The notes beneath the pieces were generated by a model that saw nothing but the letters and a program-made list of their open reading frames with translations, was not told where the DNA came from and ran no database searches. Positions 1 through 13,570 of a stretch of 64,000 nt of DNA are shown here, piece by piece; the stretch's first letter is position 1; each line of letters begins with the position of its first letter. The stretch is from assembly GCF_033153115.1 (NCBI RefSeq), contig NW_026889805.1:7998001-8062000 (forward strand). The letters run 5' to 3'. Origin of the DNA: Saccostrea echinata (taxonomy: Eukaryota). Both the position numbers and the translations under genes were made by a program.

Positions 1-53
1 GAAAAACAGAGTATCCTCACAGGTTTCTTAATTAACGACTTTTAGAGAATTAA

Positions 54-777
54 GGGAAGTGACTGGGGTTTTATTTGTGAAAACTACAACAGTGAAACTC
101 TGTAATTTCATACCATATGTAACTTACATTGATTTCAGTGTACATGCTAAGTTTAGGGGAAATCTACCGTTTAGGTGTTTTTTAGGGACCATTTCAAAAT
201 ATGGGTACATTTACTATAGGATTATATGGGAAAATGCAAATTTTTTGCACTTCAAAGCAAATTATACAAATACTACGATATACTTTTCACTCAAATTATA
301 ATATGTGATGAGTAATACTATATTGTACATTATATGTAAGAAACACAAAATTCTACCATCTGGTTTCCGGGGGGGGGGGGGGGGACTCAAAATGTCAAAA
401 TTAACGAAATTTTCCTATTTTTATGGAGTATACTACAAAATATGACAGATACAAAAGATTTATACAAAAATTGACAAAAATAACGGAGATTTTCAAATTT
501 CTATGTTTTAAATTTCAAGAGCTTATATTTTATACTTTTTCTTTTAACATTTTCATGATCCCCTTTTAAAGAACTTCAGTTTTTCATAACGTCACGCACT
601 GTTACGACGTCAATCTACCTAAGAAATTTAAAAAAATCATATAGAGTTGCAATTAGATTTTTTTAACATGTAATTTCTTATTTTTGTTTTATTTTATTAC
701 TTATGTGAGAAGAGTAAATACGTTTCATTTTACTGTGATGCGCGAAGTATTGCGCAATGGAAACCCCAGTCGGTCCT
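54..777. mobile_element. Kolobok-type non-autonomous DNA transposon
   Basis: TTAA at 50-53 and 778-781. Imperfect TIRs GGGAAGTGACTGGGGTTT / AAACCCCAGTCGGTCCT. RR..YY termini with a TTAA TSD are typical of Kolobok. No coding capacity. Confidence 0.65.
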
Positions 778-2984
778 TTAAGTGAAATTGTAATGATAGA
801 GCTTAATCAAATGCATAAGAAATATAATTCGACCGAAATTGATCGAAATAGCGCATAACTGTACAGTTATTTAAAACTTTTAACCAGTACCTATGCAACC
901 TTTTACTTTATGGTTTATGAAAGAGATTTGCAAAGTCACAATAGGAGAACTCATATGAAGTAATTTTATTATTGTTGCTTTTTGTTGACAGGGAGAGATT
1001 TTGTAAGATAAAATGTCTTACCTATTGGTACGGAAATCTCAATTAAGGAGCCAGGCAGACATAATTTATATCATAGTTCCTCATATCTCTTAAAAGTCTC
1101 CGCAATATATTTGTAAAGCAATTTACTGACAAGTCCTATTTATCTCCCCTTGTCAGTGTATCATGATGTTAACAATAGGACTCCAGCCACCGCCAGCTGA
1201 CTAAACTAATCCAAGAAGCTCCATAAATTCTCACCAACAGGGACCACTGCCAGAGTTATACAATTGTTCAGAAGACACGAACAAATCTTTAGTCAGAACT
1301 AGGTATGTTTTCATATAATTTGTCTTTAAAGTTTAATAATAGGGATTTCAGCTTACGATCATTTGAAATTTGGTGTAAGTAATCCCCTTACGTCCTGTGA
1401 TTTAAGAAAAAGACTGTTTGAACATTTATTTTGACTTGGAGATTACACTCAATGTCCGTCTTTGGGTGTTAAAGCGAATTCTGTCCACTTATTCAAACAA
1501 CAAAAGGTAATCATAAAATTAATCTTTCAAAGCAAAGCAATGAGAAACAATTTAAAGAATTCATTTAGAATTCTTTTATTCTCCCTATAACATAAATGAA
1601 ACGGTGCAGCTATTTTTTGTCTTTAGTTTCTTTTTTTCCAAAAGAATTTTCTAGCTTTATATTGTGCTTATGTTTTATACATTCCCTTTTCTAAGTAGTC
1701 TATACCTAGCCACTAAAAATATATAAGATTAAATTTCCACACCAGGCTATGCTCCGGGTTGTGCAATACAAAATCATGCATCAAAACATCTCCAAAATTA
1801 ATTAACATTTTAAGAGTAACACTTTTCCTAATCTAAAGTTTTTGGAGAGGAGAATTAAATCCCTTTGAGGCGTGTTGGTTTGTGTACACAGAGCGACTAA
1901 TATAGGAATTAACAAGGCATTGTGAATGAACTTCACAGAATTGAAAGAAGGGGGGAGTGAACGTGTTTGATTTGTAATGTTGTGATATGTTGCACCGACT
2001 GTTCATCGCTACATAAAGGATTATTCTTCCCAATTCTCATTATCCGAACCCTAGCCCCAATCATCTGAAACGAAGACTAACAGGGCATTGTAATGTTCTT
2101 CTCCCCAAAGAGAAATGTTTTCATTGTTATACAAGGCTAGTTCAACAAGGCAATCTGCAAAAAGTATGCTCCTCTAACATATCCAGACTTCATTAACAAG
2201 TTGTGATTGGCAATCTAGCCTCAATGCCGTGTCACTGAGGACGATTTCAGTTGGGCACTTGTTGCTTTCTATGGAAATAATGAGGATTGTTATCAAATAT
2301 AAAATTGCCTGCATGTGTCTCTATTGTGTAGGAAAATAACTTGTGACAAAAGTTTGTTAAATCTCCTTATGCACAGTAAGGACACATTGTGCAGAAATTC
2401 AACAAAATATGAGGACCAATTACAGGACCTCTATAGAAAGTGCTTTATTTATCACAAAGTCGTCAAGAAATATCTAATGATAAAGGTCTGTAGTCATATT
2501 ACATAGCACGGAGTGTATTAGCTTTCCATTAAAAATAGAACTCATAACAAAAGAACAGAGAACAACATTGCAAAATCTACAAGGATGTAGACTATGACAA
2601 TAGTTGTTATGAGGATAATTATATGGTGTTCATTATGTCTACACTGAGTCTCTAAAATGAGAGTCAAATAAAATAGCACTAGTTCAATAAAACAAATCTT
2701 TTAAATAGAAGGAATATTTTCATGTTTAATATGAAGAAATCTCCAGCTACGAGAGAATGCAACTTATACATTTCAATAATTTATGGGTTTTTTTTTAATA
2801 GTTTTTAAGGAATTTTAAATACTTTCTTATATATAGATGTACACCACTGATTTCCAAGGACAATCGGTATATTTATTCAAAGTTACTAATCACTGTGAAA
2901 TTATGAAAACTAACAACTAAACTATATCACAAACGAGATGAATTCATTTTTTTCATCCTCAACATTCCCCCATTAATATAGTAA

Positions 2985-3392
2985 ATCCTTGGCACATGGT
3001 GTTATGTCTAACAACTGACCAATTTATAAACCGAGACAGGTTACTTATCAATAAGTTGATGTTACTGGGCTTTCAACTATCTCGTTAAAGTCCACATTTC
3101 GCAAATTCTATATGAGTTATAATGAACTTGTTGTCAGATACAATCTATCCCTGGTATTTTGATTGAGATTTTCCTTTCATACCACATCATACTACGGATA
3201 ACTCCGTTTTTCCTGATCAATACAAAGGGCTCACATCGGGTGTGATCGGTCGACAGAGGATGCTTACTTCTCCTAAGCTCCTGATCCCACCTCCAGTGTT
3301 TCCAAAGGTACGTGTTTTTGTCCTGCATATATGTTTTATATTGTTTACAAGTCATGAGATTGACCACAGATCGTTATCTTTATGTTTTTCAT
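2985..3392 (+). mobile_element. Naiad-type Penelope-like element, decayed 3' fragment
   Basis: Aligns by eye to the RT C-terminus and 3' UTR of the longer copies (GGGTGTGATCGGTCGACAGAGGATGCTTACTTCTCCT...CTGATCCCACC). Confidence 0.8.
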
Positions 3393-4886
3393 AATTCAAG
3401 TTATGACTTAGCGCGATGCACGGAAAAAATACTGTACATAAACATTTCAGTAAATAACGAAAAAATGATATTTTTTGAATAGAAAAATACTCTTTTAATA
3501 AATTTGTTTCCATTTCACGTCACATTCTTGAATTTTTTTTCAATTTTTTAAACGATCGACAGTTTTGTATTTAATATTAACCTTAAACTTAATTTGATTA
3601 CTTCGATTTAATGACTCCTATTAAGGCACACTGCAGAATAATGAAATTCACGACTCCTTAGTTTCCATGTATCACAGTGTATCTTAATTAATCAATTTTT
3701 AATGTTACTCTATACAAGTTTTGCTTTGGATCATAAGAAACCAATGTTTTATCTAGTATTCAATATAAGAATGTGAACATCCAGATTCTATAAAACCTAT
3801 CTTGATTCAATGTTTTTACAATTCGTAACAGTTTTCATTCATACACAGAACTCTGTAAAAGTCAGAAGAAAAACTATACAAATTCATTTCAATTTTGCTT
3901 TCCTTCATATAAGTTGTTACTGATTTTAAAAATTGATTTAAAAAAGGCTACAAGTTTATTGTCAGATAAAATAATTCTATTTCCTTCGGTTTTAAAATGT
4001 CTGAGTACTTTTTGCAAGTAAATCTTCATTTTATTATTAAAAAATAAATCATATATATGACGATTTTTCTTTAGATAGAGTGTCGTTTTATTTTTCATTA
4101 TGAAAAAGACTCTTATGAACATTTCACTTAATAACCTCAATTCTATGAACACTAATTAATCTTTCAATAAAATCAATCAAAGAGAATTTAACATATAAAC
4201 AATTTGTGTTTCATTTTCTAATCGACCGATGCAGGTTTATTTTTTTTGTCACAAAGTGTTCTCCGATTTGACTAATGATTCAAGATCACAGGATGCTTAC
4301 ATGATGGTATACACATGCAGTTAAATCAATACCTTTTTGGTTTTCTTACAATGTAATAAAAGTAAACGGGGAAAGTGTTTCTAACGGGAGACGATTTCCA
4401 TTCCTTTCAGAATGAGAAAAATCTGCGTCATTCCAGTTCTTCTATAACCAAGAAATAAATTAAAATAATATTGAAGGCCTACAACCAAAATAAAACAACT
4501 TCTCAAATGTTGCTATAGAAATACACATTAGCTAGAAATTTCATTGATTTAGTGTTATGAGAGCAGACATATACTATGTATATTTTTCAAACTTTCTATA
4601 AGAGTTAATTACGGAACTTCTCAAATTTTGATTAAGAACAAATGTTTGAATTTAAATATCTCAACCGTTTGGCGTCTGACTATCTGCAAATTAACATTCT
4701 GTGTATTTTTCAGCTAGAATGCGGTGTGATTTTCCTATATGTAAAACCAAAGCCTTTTCGACTTTTGTAATCAACTCAAAGTAAACACTTTGAGAAAAGC
4801 TGCTCATCTTAAAGACAGTTGGTACAATTTAAAAGTTGTTTTATAATGAAAAGCTTGCATTAAAGTCGGAATGTATATGGGTTTTA

Positions 4887-5461
4887 TATGGCATGTCAAA
4901 CGTTGCAATATTCGAGCTTTTCCATTTGCATTGTATAATTTTCCATTTGTATTGTTTAATTTTTATTTGTATTGTAAAATTTTTCATTTGGATTGTATAA
5001 TTTTTCATTTGCATTGTAATTTTTATTTGTATTCTATAATTTTTCATTCGTTTGGTATATTTTTTCATTTGTATTGTATAATTTTCCATTTGTATCGTTT
5101 TATTTGTATTCTATAACTTTCCATTTGTATTGTATAATTTTACAATACAAATGGAAAAGTATACAGTACAAAAGGAAAATTATACAATACAAAAGGAAAA
5201 TTATACAATACAAAAGGAAAATAATACAATACAAATAGAAAATTATAGAATATAAATAAACATTATACAATGAATATATAAAAAAAAAACAATACAAATG
5301 GAAAACTATACAATACAAACGGAAAATAATAGAATATAAATGAAAAGTTATAGAATACAAATGGAAAATTTTACAATACAAATGTAAAATTATACAATAC
5401 AAATGGAATATTATACAATGCAAATGGAAAGATCGAATATTGCAACGTTTGACATGCCATA
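4887..5461. mobile_element. Foldback MITE with 21-bp subterminal tandem repeats (IS3EU-like)
   Basis: TIR TATGGCATGTCAAACGTTGCAATATTCG / CGAATATTGCAACGTTTGACATGCCATA. 6-bp TSD GTTTTA (4881-4886, 5462-5467). Inverted arrays of ~TTTTCCATTTGTATTGTATAA. The ORF-track ORFs here are repeat artefacts. Confidence 0.85.
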
Positions 5462-5751
5462 GTTTTATATGGATGTACATGTAATGCAGTAGCATGGCAT
5501 ACATATTGCATCCTATAAAATGGATTTCTCTCTAATTCTTTCTTTGTTTCAAAAATGTTTAGGCCAGAGTAGAGGTCAGGCATCAGTGGTCTTAAAAATA
5601 CAAATACAGTCTTTATAAACACTGTTTCTTATGTTGAATATTAAATAAACCACTGCCGAGTTTAATAGCTCTAAGCTCGATACATTTGATGTCCTATTCT
5701 TATTCTTTGAGTTTAGGAAAAAGTTCTCTTGTTACTATTTCCCCCTCTTTT

Positions 5752-5955
5752 TTTTTTAGTCCCCTACCGGTGAAACCGGAGGGGACTATAGGTTTCCTCT
5801 GAGTCTGTCCGTCCGTCTGTCTGTCTGTCCCTCTGTCTGTCTGTCAGTCTGTCCCACTTGTTTTTCCGCACTTTTTTCCTAAACGCTTGCAGATATTGAG
5901 CTGATTTTTTGGTATGTGAGTGTATTTTGATGAGTTACAGATCAAGTTTGCATTT
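5752..5955 (+). mobile_element. Helentron-associated element (HINE), truncated 5' part
   Basis: TTTTAGTCCCCT-ACCGGTGAAACCGG-AGGGGACTA hairpin, then a (GTCY)n microsatellite, then a partial satellite-like monomer (GATATTGAGCTGATTTTT...TACAGATCAAGTT). Confidence 0.7.
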
Positions 5956-7209
5956 TTCTTTTTAATTTCTTCTTTATTGCATTCAGTAGAATGGATATAT
6001 ATTGCAATCTGAAAGATTCCCCCCTTTAATTTTCATTTGATCATTTTCATTTGTTTACTCTAGAATGTCATGACTTCATGTACTAGTATTTAGTCATTGG
6101 GATATTTGTCAAGAGTCCACTTAAGTCCCCTGTAAAAATTTAGGGTTAAACGTGTTGAATTCTTTAACAAAAACTTTTATGTCCATTGTAACTAGGTAAT
6201 TTTGAACCGAAAACTTTAAATGAAGGTTTTTAACATTTTTTGAAGGCCCAGGGTAGGGGAAACATTGATTTATGTCGACGTATGTATACGTATGACTGCA
6301 CACTACTTATACTTAAATTTAAACGTGACGCAGAATCGATATGGTAAAGCAAGTAAGACTAACTTCCTATCAAAAATTTCACATCAGTTAAAACAATTGC
6401 ATTCTGTCTTTCAGAAAGAATCCGGTAAACATGAATATCAGTCACTCGATAACCAGGTTGATGAGCCACATGTATATCTGAGCTCTCTCTCTTAAATGAA
6501 TGAATAGAATTGACAAGTCTCTTTGTTTTCTCCTAGTGAGGTTGAATGGACGAACTCGGTCCGCTTTCTGTGTAACATATCATACAGAGATCTTCCTGAT
6601 ATGGAGTTTCTGAAGTCTACATACACAGAACATATGTTCCTTGTAGAAATATAAAACTGACATGACGTAACTACAAACAGAACGAGTTTAAGAAAGCACT
6701 GAAGTTATTATAAAGTATCAAATTACCAAAAACTTGATCTTAGATTAGACGTAAAGGTCTTTATTTTTTTGTTTTGTTAAAGATAGTACTTTAATAGATA
6801 TTTGGGGGGGGGGCAAGAATGTCCACTAATTAAATATATATTTAAAAATGGGGGAAGAAAATGTATCACTTAATAATACTATATTTATAAGTAACACAAA
6901 AATATTCAAATGTATTAGGGCGAAAACACCGTAGAAATACAAAACAAGCAAACAACATGTGAGAAGTAACAGTGACTTTAGTGGAATTTGATGTTAGTCA
7001 GAACCTTTTATATCAATCAAAAGCTCAGTATAGATTATATTGTCTTCTTTTTTACTGCCATACTGACTTTAAATGAAGTTAATCTTAACAAGTTGAAATT
7101 TTAAAAAAAAAAGTGTGTACTGTATTTTACTTTAAACACTAAAGCTAAAATATACTTCATTGGGAACACTGCTATATCCAGTGTAATTTTTACGGTTTGA
7201 GAATCTATT

Positions 7210-7592
7210 TAAGAAATGAATTTAATTTTTGAAGATTCATGAGGACATGAACTACGACGCTTCACGCCGGCATTTTTCATGAAGCGCGTTAGCTCTTCAT
7301 GATAAATATGCCGGCGTGAAGCGTTGTAGTTCTTGTACATGTACCTCATGAATTTTCAAAACTTAAATTCATTTCTTATATTTACATTATTTTTCCGATG
7401 AGTTTCCACAAGTTACGCCATTCAACTGTCATTTTTTTTAAAGCAAAACAGTTTGCACTATAGTTTTGACGTCAAGTACGGTATTATGACGGGAGATATT
7501 CATGCTCATCTCATGGTAGTTCATGAGAAAATGAACAATCTTCTAATTTGCAAAGAATCTTAAGGAAAAATACTTGGAAATGTTAATATTAA
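7210..7592 (+). mobile_element. Long-hairpin non-autonomous element (Crypton-like)
   Basis: Imperfect palindrome of ~170 bp (7210-7378, loop GC-GTTA-GC), followed by a body bounded by the short inverted repeat ATATTTACATT / AATGTTAATAT. Confidence 0.55.
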
Positions 7593-10500
7593 TACTTAAC
7601 TGGAATTTAACATTCGTATAAGGAATTAATATGATAAAGTATGCGGTGTTTTAAAAAGATTATTTAGTTAATCATGCACAGGTGATTGTAATAATTTTTC
7701 ATCCAAACAATAAGACAGTAATGGTTATATTAGAACTTTGCTGTGATTACAAAATAAATATGATTATACATGTATATCATACTATATTGAGGAGTCACAA
7801 GATGGGGGAACATACATGGTTTAAATGTTGAGATAAGCTTTAAGAGAATTTAATCACATCAATCTTGCAGAGAGTTGAAGAACACATAGCTGATTAATTG
7901 AATTGTAAAAATATTTTAATTATTGAATTCTAAAACACATGTATAAATAGATTATTATTCAGATTTTAAAGTGCATCGTACGTATCTGTATACAGTAGAT
8001 CAGATTTGACAGAACCATTGATTCTTTAGTTGATAACATATAATTGTACTTATGTCAACCCATCCTTTTTTACAAGTGCAGATGTTATTATACATAATAT
8101 CAGTGAAAGTAAACGATTGTGGGAATCAATTACTCAAATAGGGAGTGACTTGTATTCTTGTGTAAGATCCTTTAGTGTCTATACAGGGAAATAACCCCGA
8201 TATAGAAGATCTTATTCATCTCTCTAAATACATGATTGAAATGTGACACTATTCTGTTTATTCAGCATTTAGGATACGGGTAATTATATTGTACCTGCAC
8301 TTTCAGAATGAAATAAGCAGACCATGGGAACTTGAGTAGGGAGGAATAAGAACCAATAGGAAGTGAGTATTGACACAATGTTGCCAGTTGGTTGAAAAAA
8401 GGACAACAATACACGAACTGGGAAGACTATCATTAGCCTATAAATAGTAACAATACTTCTCAGTTTGGGATGGCTACGTGAGCAAACAGGCAGTGCATTT
8501 GGCCCTAGGTTTCAAAAAGTAGGAACAAATTTGAAAAAAAAATATTATTTAGTGTTGTTAGATAATTACCATGGCATGCTCTTTTGTGTGTATCGAAAGT
8601 TTATGCCAATTAATTACGAAAATATTATTCAGACACATGGTATGAAAGATGAGACATTTTCTTTAAATCGCATTTATAAATACATGTATATTAATTCAGA
8701 AATTTACATAAGAATTTTAAATTTAGACTTGTTCAAAAATTTTGAACTCATGGGTGATAATGAATTATCGAATATATCTGATGTTGAACATCGGCTTTAT
8801 CATGCATTCTCATCTAATGCAGAATCCTCATGCACATATTGGCATTTAATTGACTCTTAAAGTACATTCAAACTTTTCGAACAAGGGTGTACTTTTTGAA
8901 ACAGTAGACGGTTTAGCTAATATCCATATTCATTACTATATATATAACATTTTGAAAATAGAAAGTATTCGTAGAACTTTTCTTTTACTTATTTAGCATA
9001 AGAAAAAAAATATGAATTGACAGGCATCTATTTAGGATAAAAACCTGTCTTTAAAATCAATTTTAATGTCCTAAAAACTAGTGTAATACTTATTATCATT
9101 CATAATGTAATCAACGTTGAATCTAATAAAAATTTATCAAAATCTGTCTTTATCATTTAATCTTTTATTATTTTTTTCTTTCTTAATATGGAATTCTCTT
9201 GCTTGGCACTTTTATTTTTCAATGATGCTTCCCCAATAGGTCCGATGTATGAGAACGAGGAGTTTGATTTCGGTGTCAATTGCCCTTAGGAGTACCTATC
9301 CTTTCTACCTTGGTAAATGACTTTTTTTGCCTCGTCAATCTAAATGAAGTTGTATTTCGACATTTATTGCTTTACTTTATGGAAGTGGCAGTTTAATATA
9401 GAAAGCAAAGAAGAAAAGATAATAAAATAGATCTATATATTTACAGGTGGATCACTTCATCCAGACTATGTGGTCTGTCACTATTGTCTTAAAATGCGTT
9501 TGATTTTACAGGATATCCCAGAAAAATACACTCTGGCAAACTGCGATTTTGGATGGTTATAAGTTATTTTTTCTGTCACTATTTGTTGTTGATATTCTTT
9601 ATTCTAACATTCTGCATTTTTCTATACTTATATAATTCAAATTCAACTTATGTGTCTCCTTTCGGTTTGAGAGAAAGAATTTTAAAATAAAAAAAAATTC
9701 TTATCTTGATGGTACATGAAAATCATTGAAGTTCAGAGAAATGCTTTTGTTTAGGTAAAAAGTAATATCGTTAAACTGAACATCCTATACAATTACCAGA
9801 AAAGCTTTGAAATTTTCTTTCATATACAATTTGTGCAGCAAAACATCAGACTTCTAAATTTCCATGGTACTTAGAGTGAAAATTGATTCTATTCAACTTA
9901 AAAATTAATTGTTTTAATGAGTTACTGACCTGATTGTAATTGTATCTGTAGCTCTCTGCTAAACAGACATTTATCTTTACAGAGGTTATTTACAACGTAA
10001 TGAAATATACTTGTTGTAATCCTAGGTCCAATAAATCAGGTGTGAGGATGATTCTAAATGCAGCGATATCTTTATTAAAACAAAGACAAATGGTTGGATA
10101 CACGCGAGTGTAATGGGCCTGCTAATAGACAAACACACTGTTGCTGTGATCATATGTGAGTGCTACTTACAGCGGGCAAATACGAAAAAATGATGCCGTC
10201 TAGCAGATAAACTAAATCAATGACTTTAACAAATATTTATGTTTAACAGATTTTCTGCCTTTTTTTTTATAACAGTAACTAACCACTTACCTTAAAAAGA
10301 TTCTATAAATTTCTTTTGAGAACATATTCAATTAACGAATTTGCTAGTTTTCCCCTTGTCTGATAGACTATGAATTATTCAAAATAAATTTAAAACATGC
10401 ACATATTTACTAAATACCAACATGGTTTATTAATAAAGCCCTTTAAGTATATCTCTGTGCTTGATTTATAAAATAAAAAGAAGTTTGAATTAAATTTACT

Positions 10501-11060
10501 TTCCCATAAACTTTTTAATAATTTAATCCATTTAACCCACCAGCACATTTTATTTTTAATACAGCACATTTGTTGTGTATTAATGTCTTAATAATTAAGG
10601 TATTGTTGCAACCAGTGAAAAAAAATAATCCAATTATAGCGGGTTAACTATTTCATAAACATCAATCGGCTTTTCAGTGATTCAATAACGTTTTGTGAGA
10701 GTCAGATATTGAAATCAAATCGTCCATTTTTCCTGCCTATTTTATGGAGATCTCCCCTCTTACTAACAGTTAAGGATTCAATCACTTTTATTTGTTGATT
10801 TTATTTCCATGAATGTAAATCTGTAAGTCAGAAAATACTGAAACTTTCTTGGTCTCATTTTCATTTCAAGTCTGATAACTTTTACTTTTTGTTTAATTAA
10901 AACAAGATTTGCTATGAGAAAACTACAGCTAAAAGCAAGTCAGAATGTATTGCAGATATTTTGTACCAAGAGGGTATTTATCATATGTCAATAAAATCGA
11001 AACTTAGAAATTTTTCATATCTTGCGATTGGTCATGTTGAAATTCACACAAGTATTTTTA

Positions 11061-11930
11061 AGTTGATATTAAAAATATGCTAGAGTTCCTCATTGACAAT
11101 AACTATATATGTAGTCTATAAAAACCCGCTCTTCTAGCAGTCTATTAGAATTCCCATCGGTACTAATTTTTCCCATTAATAAGTCGACCTATTTTCGTAT
11201 TTATGAAGCTAAATTTATATATTAAAAATCTACATGAAAACAAGCCGTGGCTTGAATTCGACTTTAAAATTTAACACAATACTCATTTTCAATCATTCGT
11301 TGGTTCGATACATCACTGAATTCGAAAAAAGACACCGCAGACTCTACATATGTATTTTATATTTGAATGTATTACCAGAGACAGGCATTGATGGTAATCT
11401 AACAACTGAACTACATGTATATGATACACGTGATGACTTCAACTTTATTATTGTCAACTTCCCTTACTTCAATAGTAAGGTATTCTCTCCTGCATATGGT
11501 GTTAACATCTCCCAGTTGATGCAATACACAAGAGCTGTTCTGTGTACGATCGATATCAATCACTAAATAAGGCATACCACTGACAAATGAGTTGATATTA
11601 CAAGGATATAAACGATCTTGTTTAAAGTTACCATTTCGCAAATTATATAGTTCTTTTACAATTGTCTTTAGGTTGAATGATGACGGACGTTTCATATAAA
11701 ATGTTAAACCATAATTCTGTTACTGATTTGTCTGTGAATTACTTCGTCTCCCCGATCAAGATAAAAGGATCAAGAAGAGCGAGACCGGTTGACAGGGGAT
11801 ATACTTCCATGGCACCTGATCTTATCTCTGCTGTTTTGAGGGGTCCTCGTTTATTCTATTCTCATTTTTTTTTTATGTTTAATTAGTTTTTAAAGCTTGA
11901 TTACTGTTCGTCATATTTTTTCACGTTTTT
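11061..11930 (+). mobile_element. Naiad-type PLE, decayed RT plus 3' UTR
   Basis: Degenerate MLEFLIDN.., IPIGTN, and NLTTELHVYDTRDDFNFIIVNFPY..SPAYGVNISQL (ORF 11234-11566). Decayed 3' core motif at ~11775-11850. Confidence 0.85.
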
Positions 11931-12589
11931 CAGACGAGGAAAAGTCCAAAGTAGAATTTCTTAAAGGAAGCTCTTAGCATTAATAAATTTAATTTGTTTC
12001 ATAGTTTTGAGAAAATTGTATTATATAAAGGTGTATATATGTATATCCAGTTTATCTAGTTCATTATCAGTATAAGGTACCTGCCATTATTCTCCTGGAA
12101 AAATGTTCTAAGACAATGAAGTATTTGAGAACAAAAAAGAGAAAATATCTGTAAATAATGCTTTAATTTGCTTCATCTTTGTCAAATACTTTGATCTATT
12201 TCAAATAGTGTAATTTATTGAAGATTTCCATTTATTCCATTTTATATCCAAGTGCAGATCACAGCAACTGCATGAAAGTACCATACTGGAGTTAGATCTC
12301 TTCGGTGAAAACAGTGTTTAGGGCTTCCTTAGTAATAAATTCTATAAAGTGACTCTGTGCATATATATATATATATATACATTTGTGGTATCTCTCTATT
12401 ATATAAACATGCAGAGAGCAAATATCTTCATACCTGTATGAAGTTTTTCGAAGGTCATAGGTCATTACGTGACCTAATCACACAGCGCAGTAATATCTAC
12501 ATAAAAAGACTTACTCCACTAAGCAATAGGCCTATAGCATGTTTTTCATGCATAAAAATGTACAAGATACGCAAGTAAAATAATAATCA

Positions 12590-13498
12590 TTTTATTTACA
12601 ATGTAAACGAGTATTTAATACAGTTCTTGATCGATTTAACATAGAGAATAGAAAACTACGTGTTATAAGTTTCATGTCTGAGCTGCATAGTCTCTACGTT
12701 TACCCTTATTTTTCTCGCAGACCTCTGAATGCTATTTTTTTTTTTTCATTAAACTTTACTCACAATAAATCTGAAATCTGTTGAAAAATATCAATGTAAT
12801 GCAATCACGCCACAAACAGCTGACAAACACTGCACTTTGGAAGTTCGGTAGGCACACCTCCATCATCGAGATCGTTGTGACGTTGTCTTAACAATGTAAG
12901 CTGTCGCAAGTGTCTCCATGTCAACATCAAAAATTAATAAATATGCCTTACTGAAATCGTAGATTTTATGTTTTTGATCAAATTTTGTACTTGATTTCAA
13001 GTTATCTGGTCCAGACAAGTGTCTCCATCCATCCCTTTCCGACCGAAATTCCTCCAACTTTTTATTATCAAACATCGGACGTGTTTCTTGTGTTTTTAAA
13101 CATCGAATATGGGTTCTCGTGAATACAAAAATTCCAAGACACCAATATGCTCACTATAATTGATCACAAGTAGCCTTTCACAGAATATTCCCTTCAAAAC
13201 AGAATCCTTTGCCAGATGAATTTGAAGCGTAACCGCTTTTCAAGCCGATTTACACCTAGCGTAATTAGTCAAAATCTACGACGTGCAGTTAGTGCAATAT
13301 TTATATTCGATTACATTCGATTGTCCGTTTCAAATGTATATATAAGTAATAAATAACAAGTTTAAAAACTGCAATGGGAATTGAAGTGGGTCGGTACGTG
13401 ATCAAATCTTCTGAGAAGGCCTTCGGCCTTCACAGGATTTGATCACGTGACCGACCCACTTCAATTCCCATTGAAGTTTTTAAACTTGTTATTTATTT

Positions 13499-13503
<5 letters not shown>
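12590..13503 (-). mobile_element. Long-hairpin non-autonomous element (Crypton-like)
   Basis: Near-perfect ~160-bp palindrome at 13341-13503 centred on GAAGGCC-TTC-GGCCTTC. The left boundary is approximate. Confidence 0.55.

Positions 13504-13567
<64 letters not shown>
13500..13567. repeat. (TA)n microsatellite
   Basis: About 34 TA units abutting the hairpin element. Confidence 0.95.

Positions 13568-13570
<3 letters not shown>

Noticed and set aside
4841-5622. Overlapping hydrophobic ORFs (also 22652-22852, 34501-34785, 41134-41560)
   Set aside because: These are translations of 21-bp MITE repeats, not genes.
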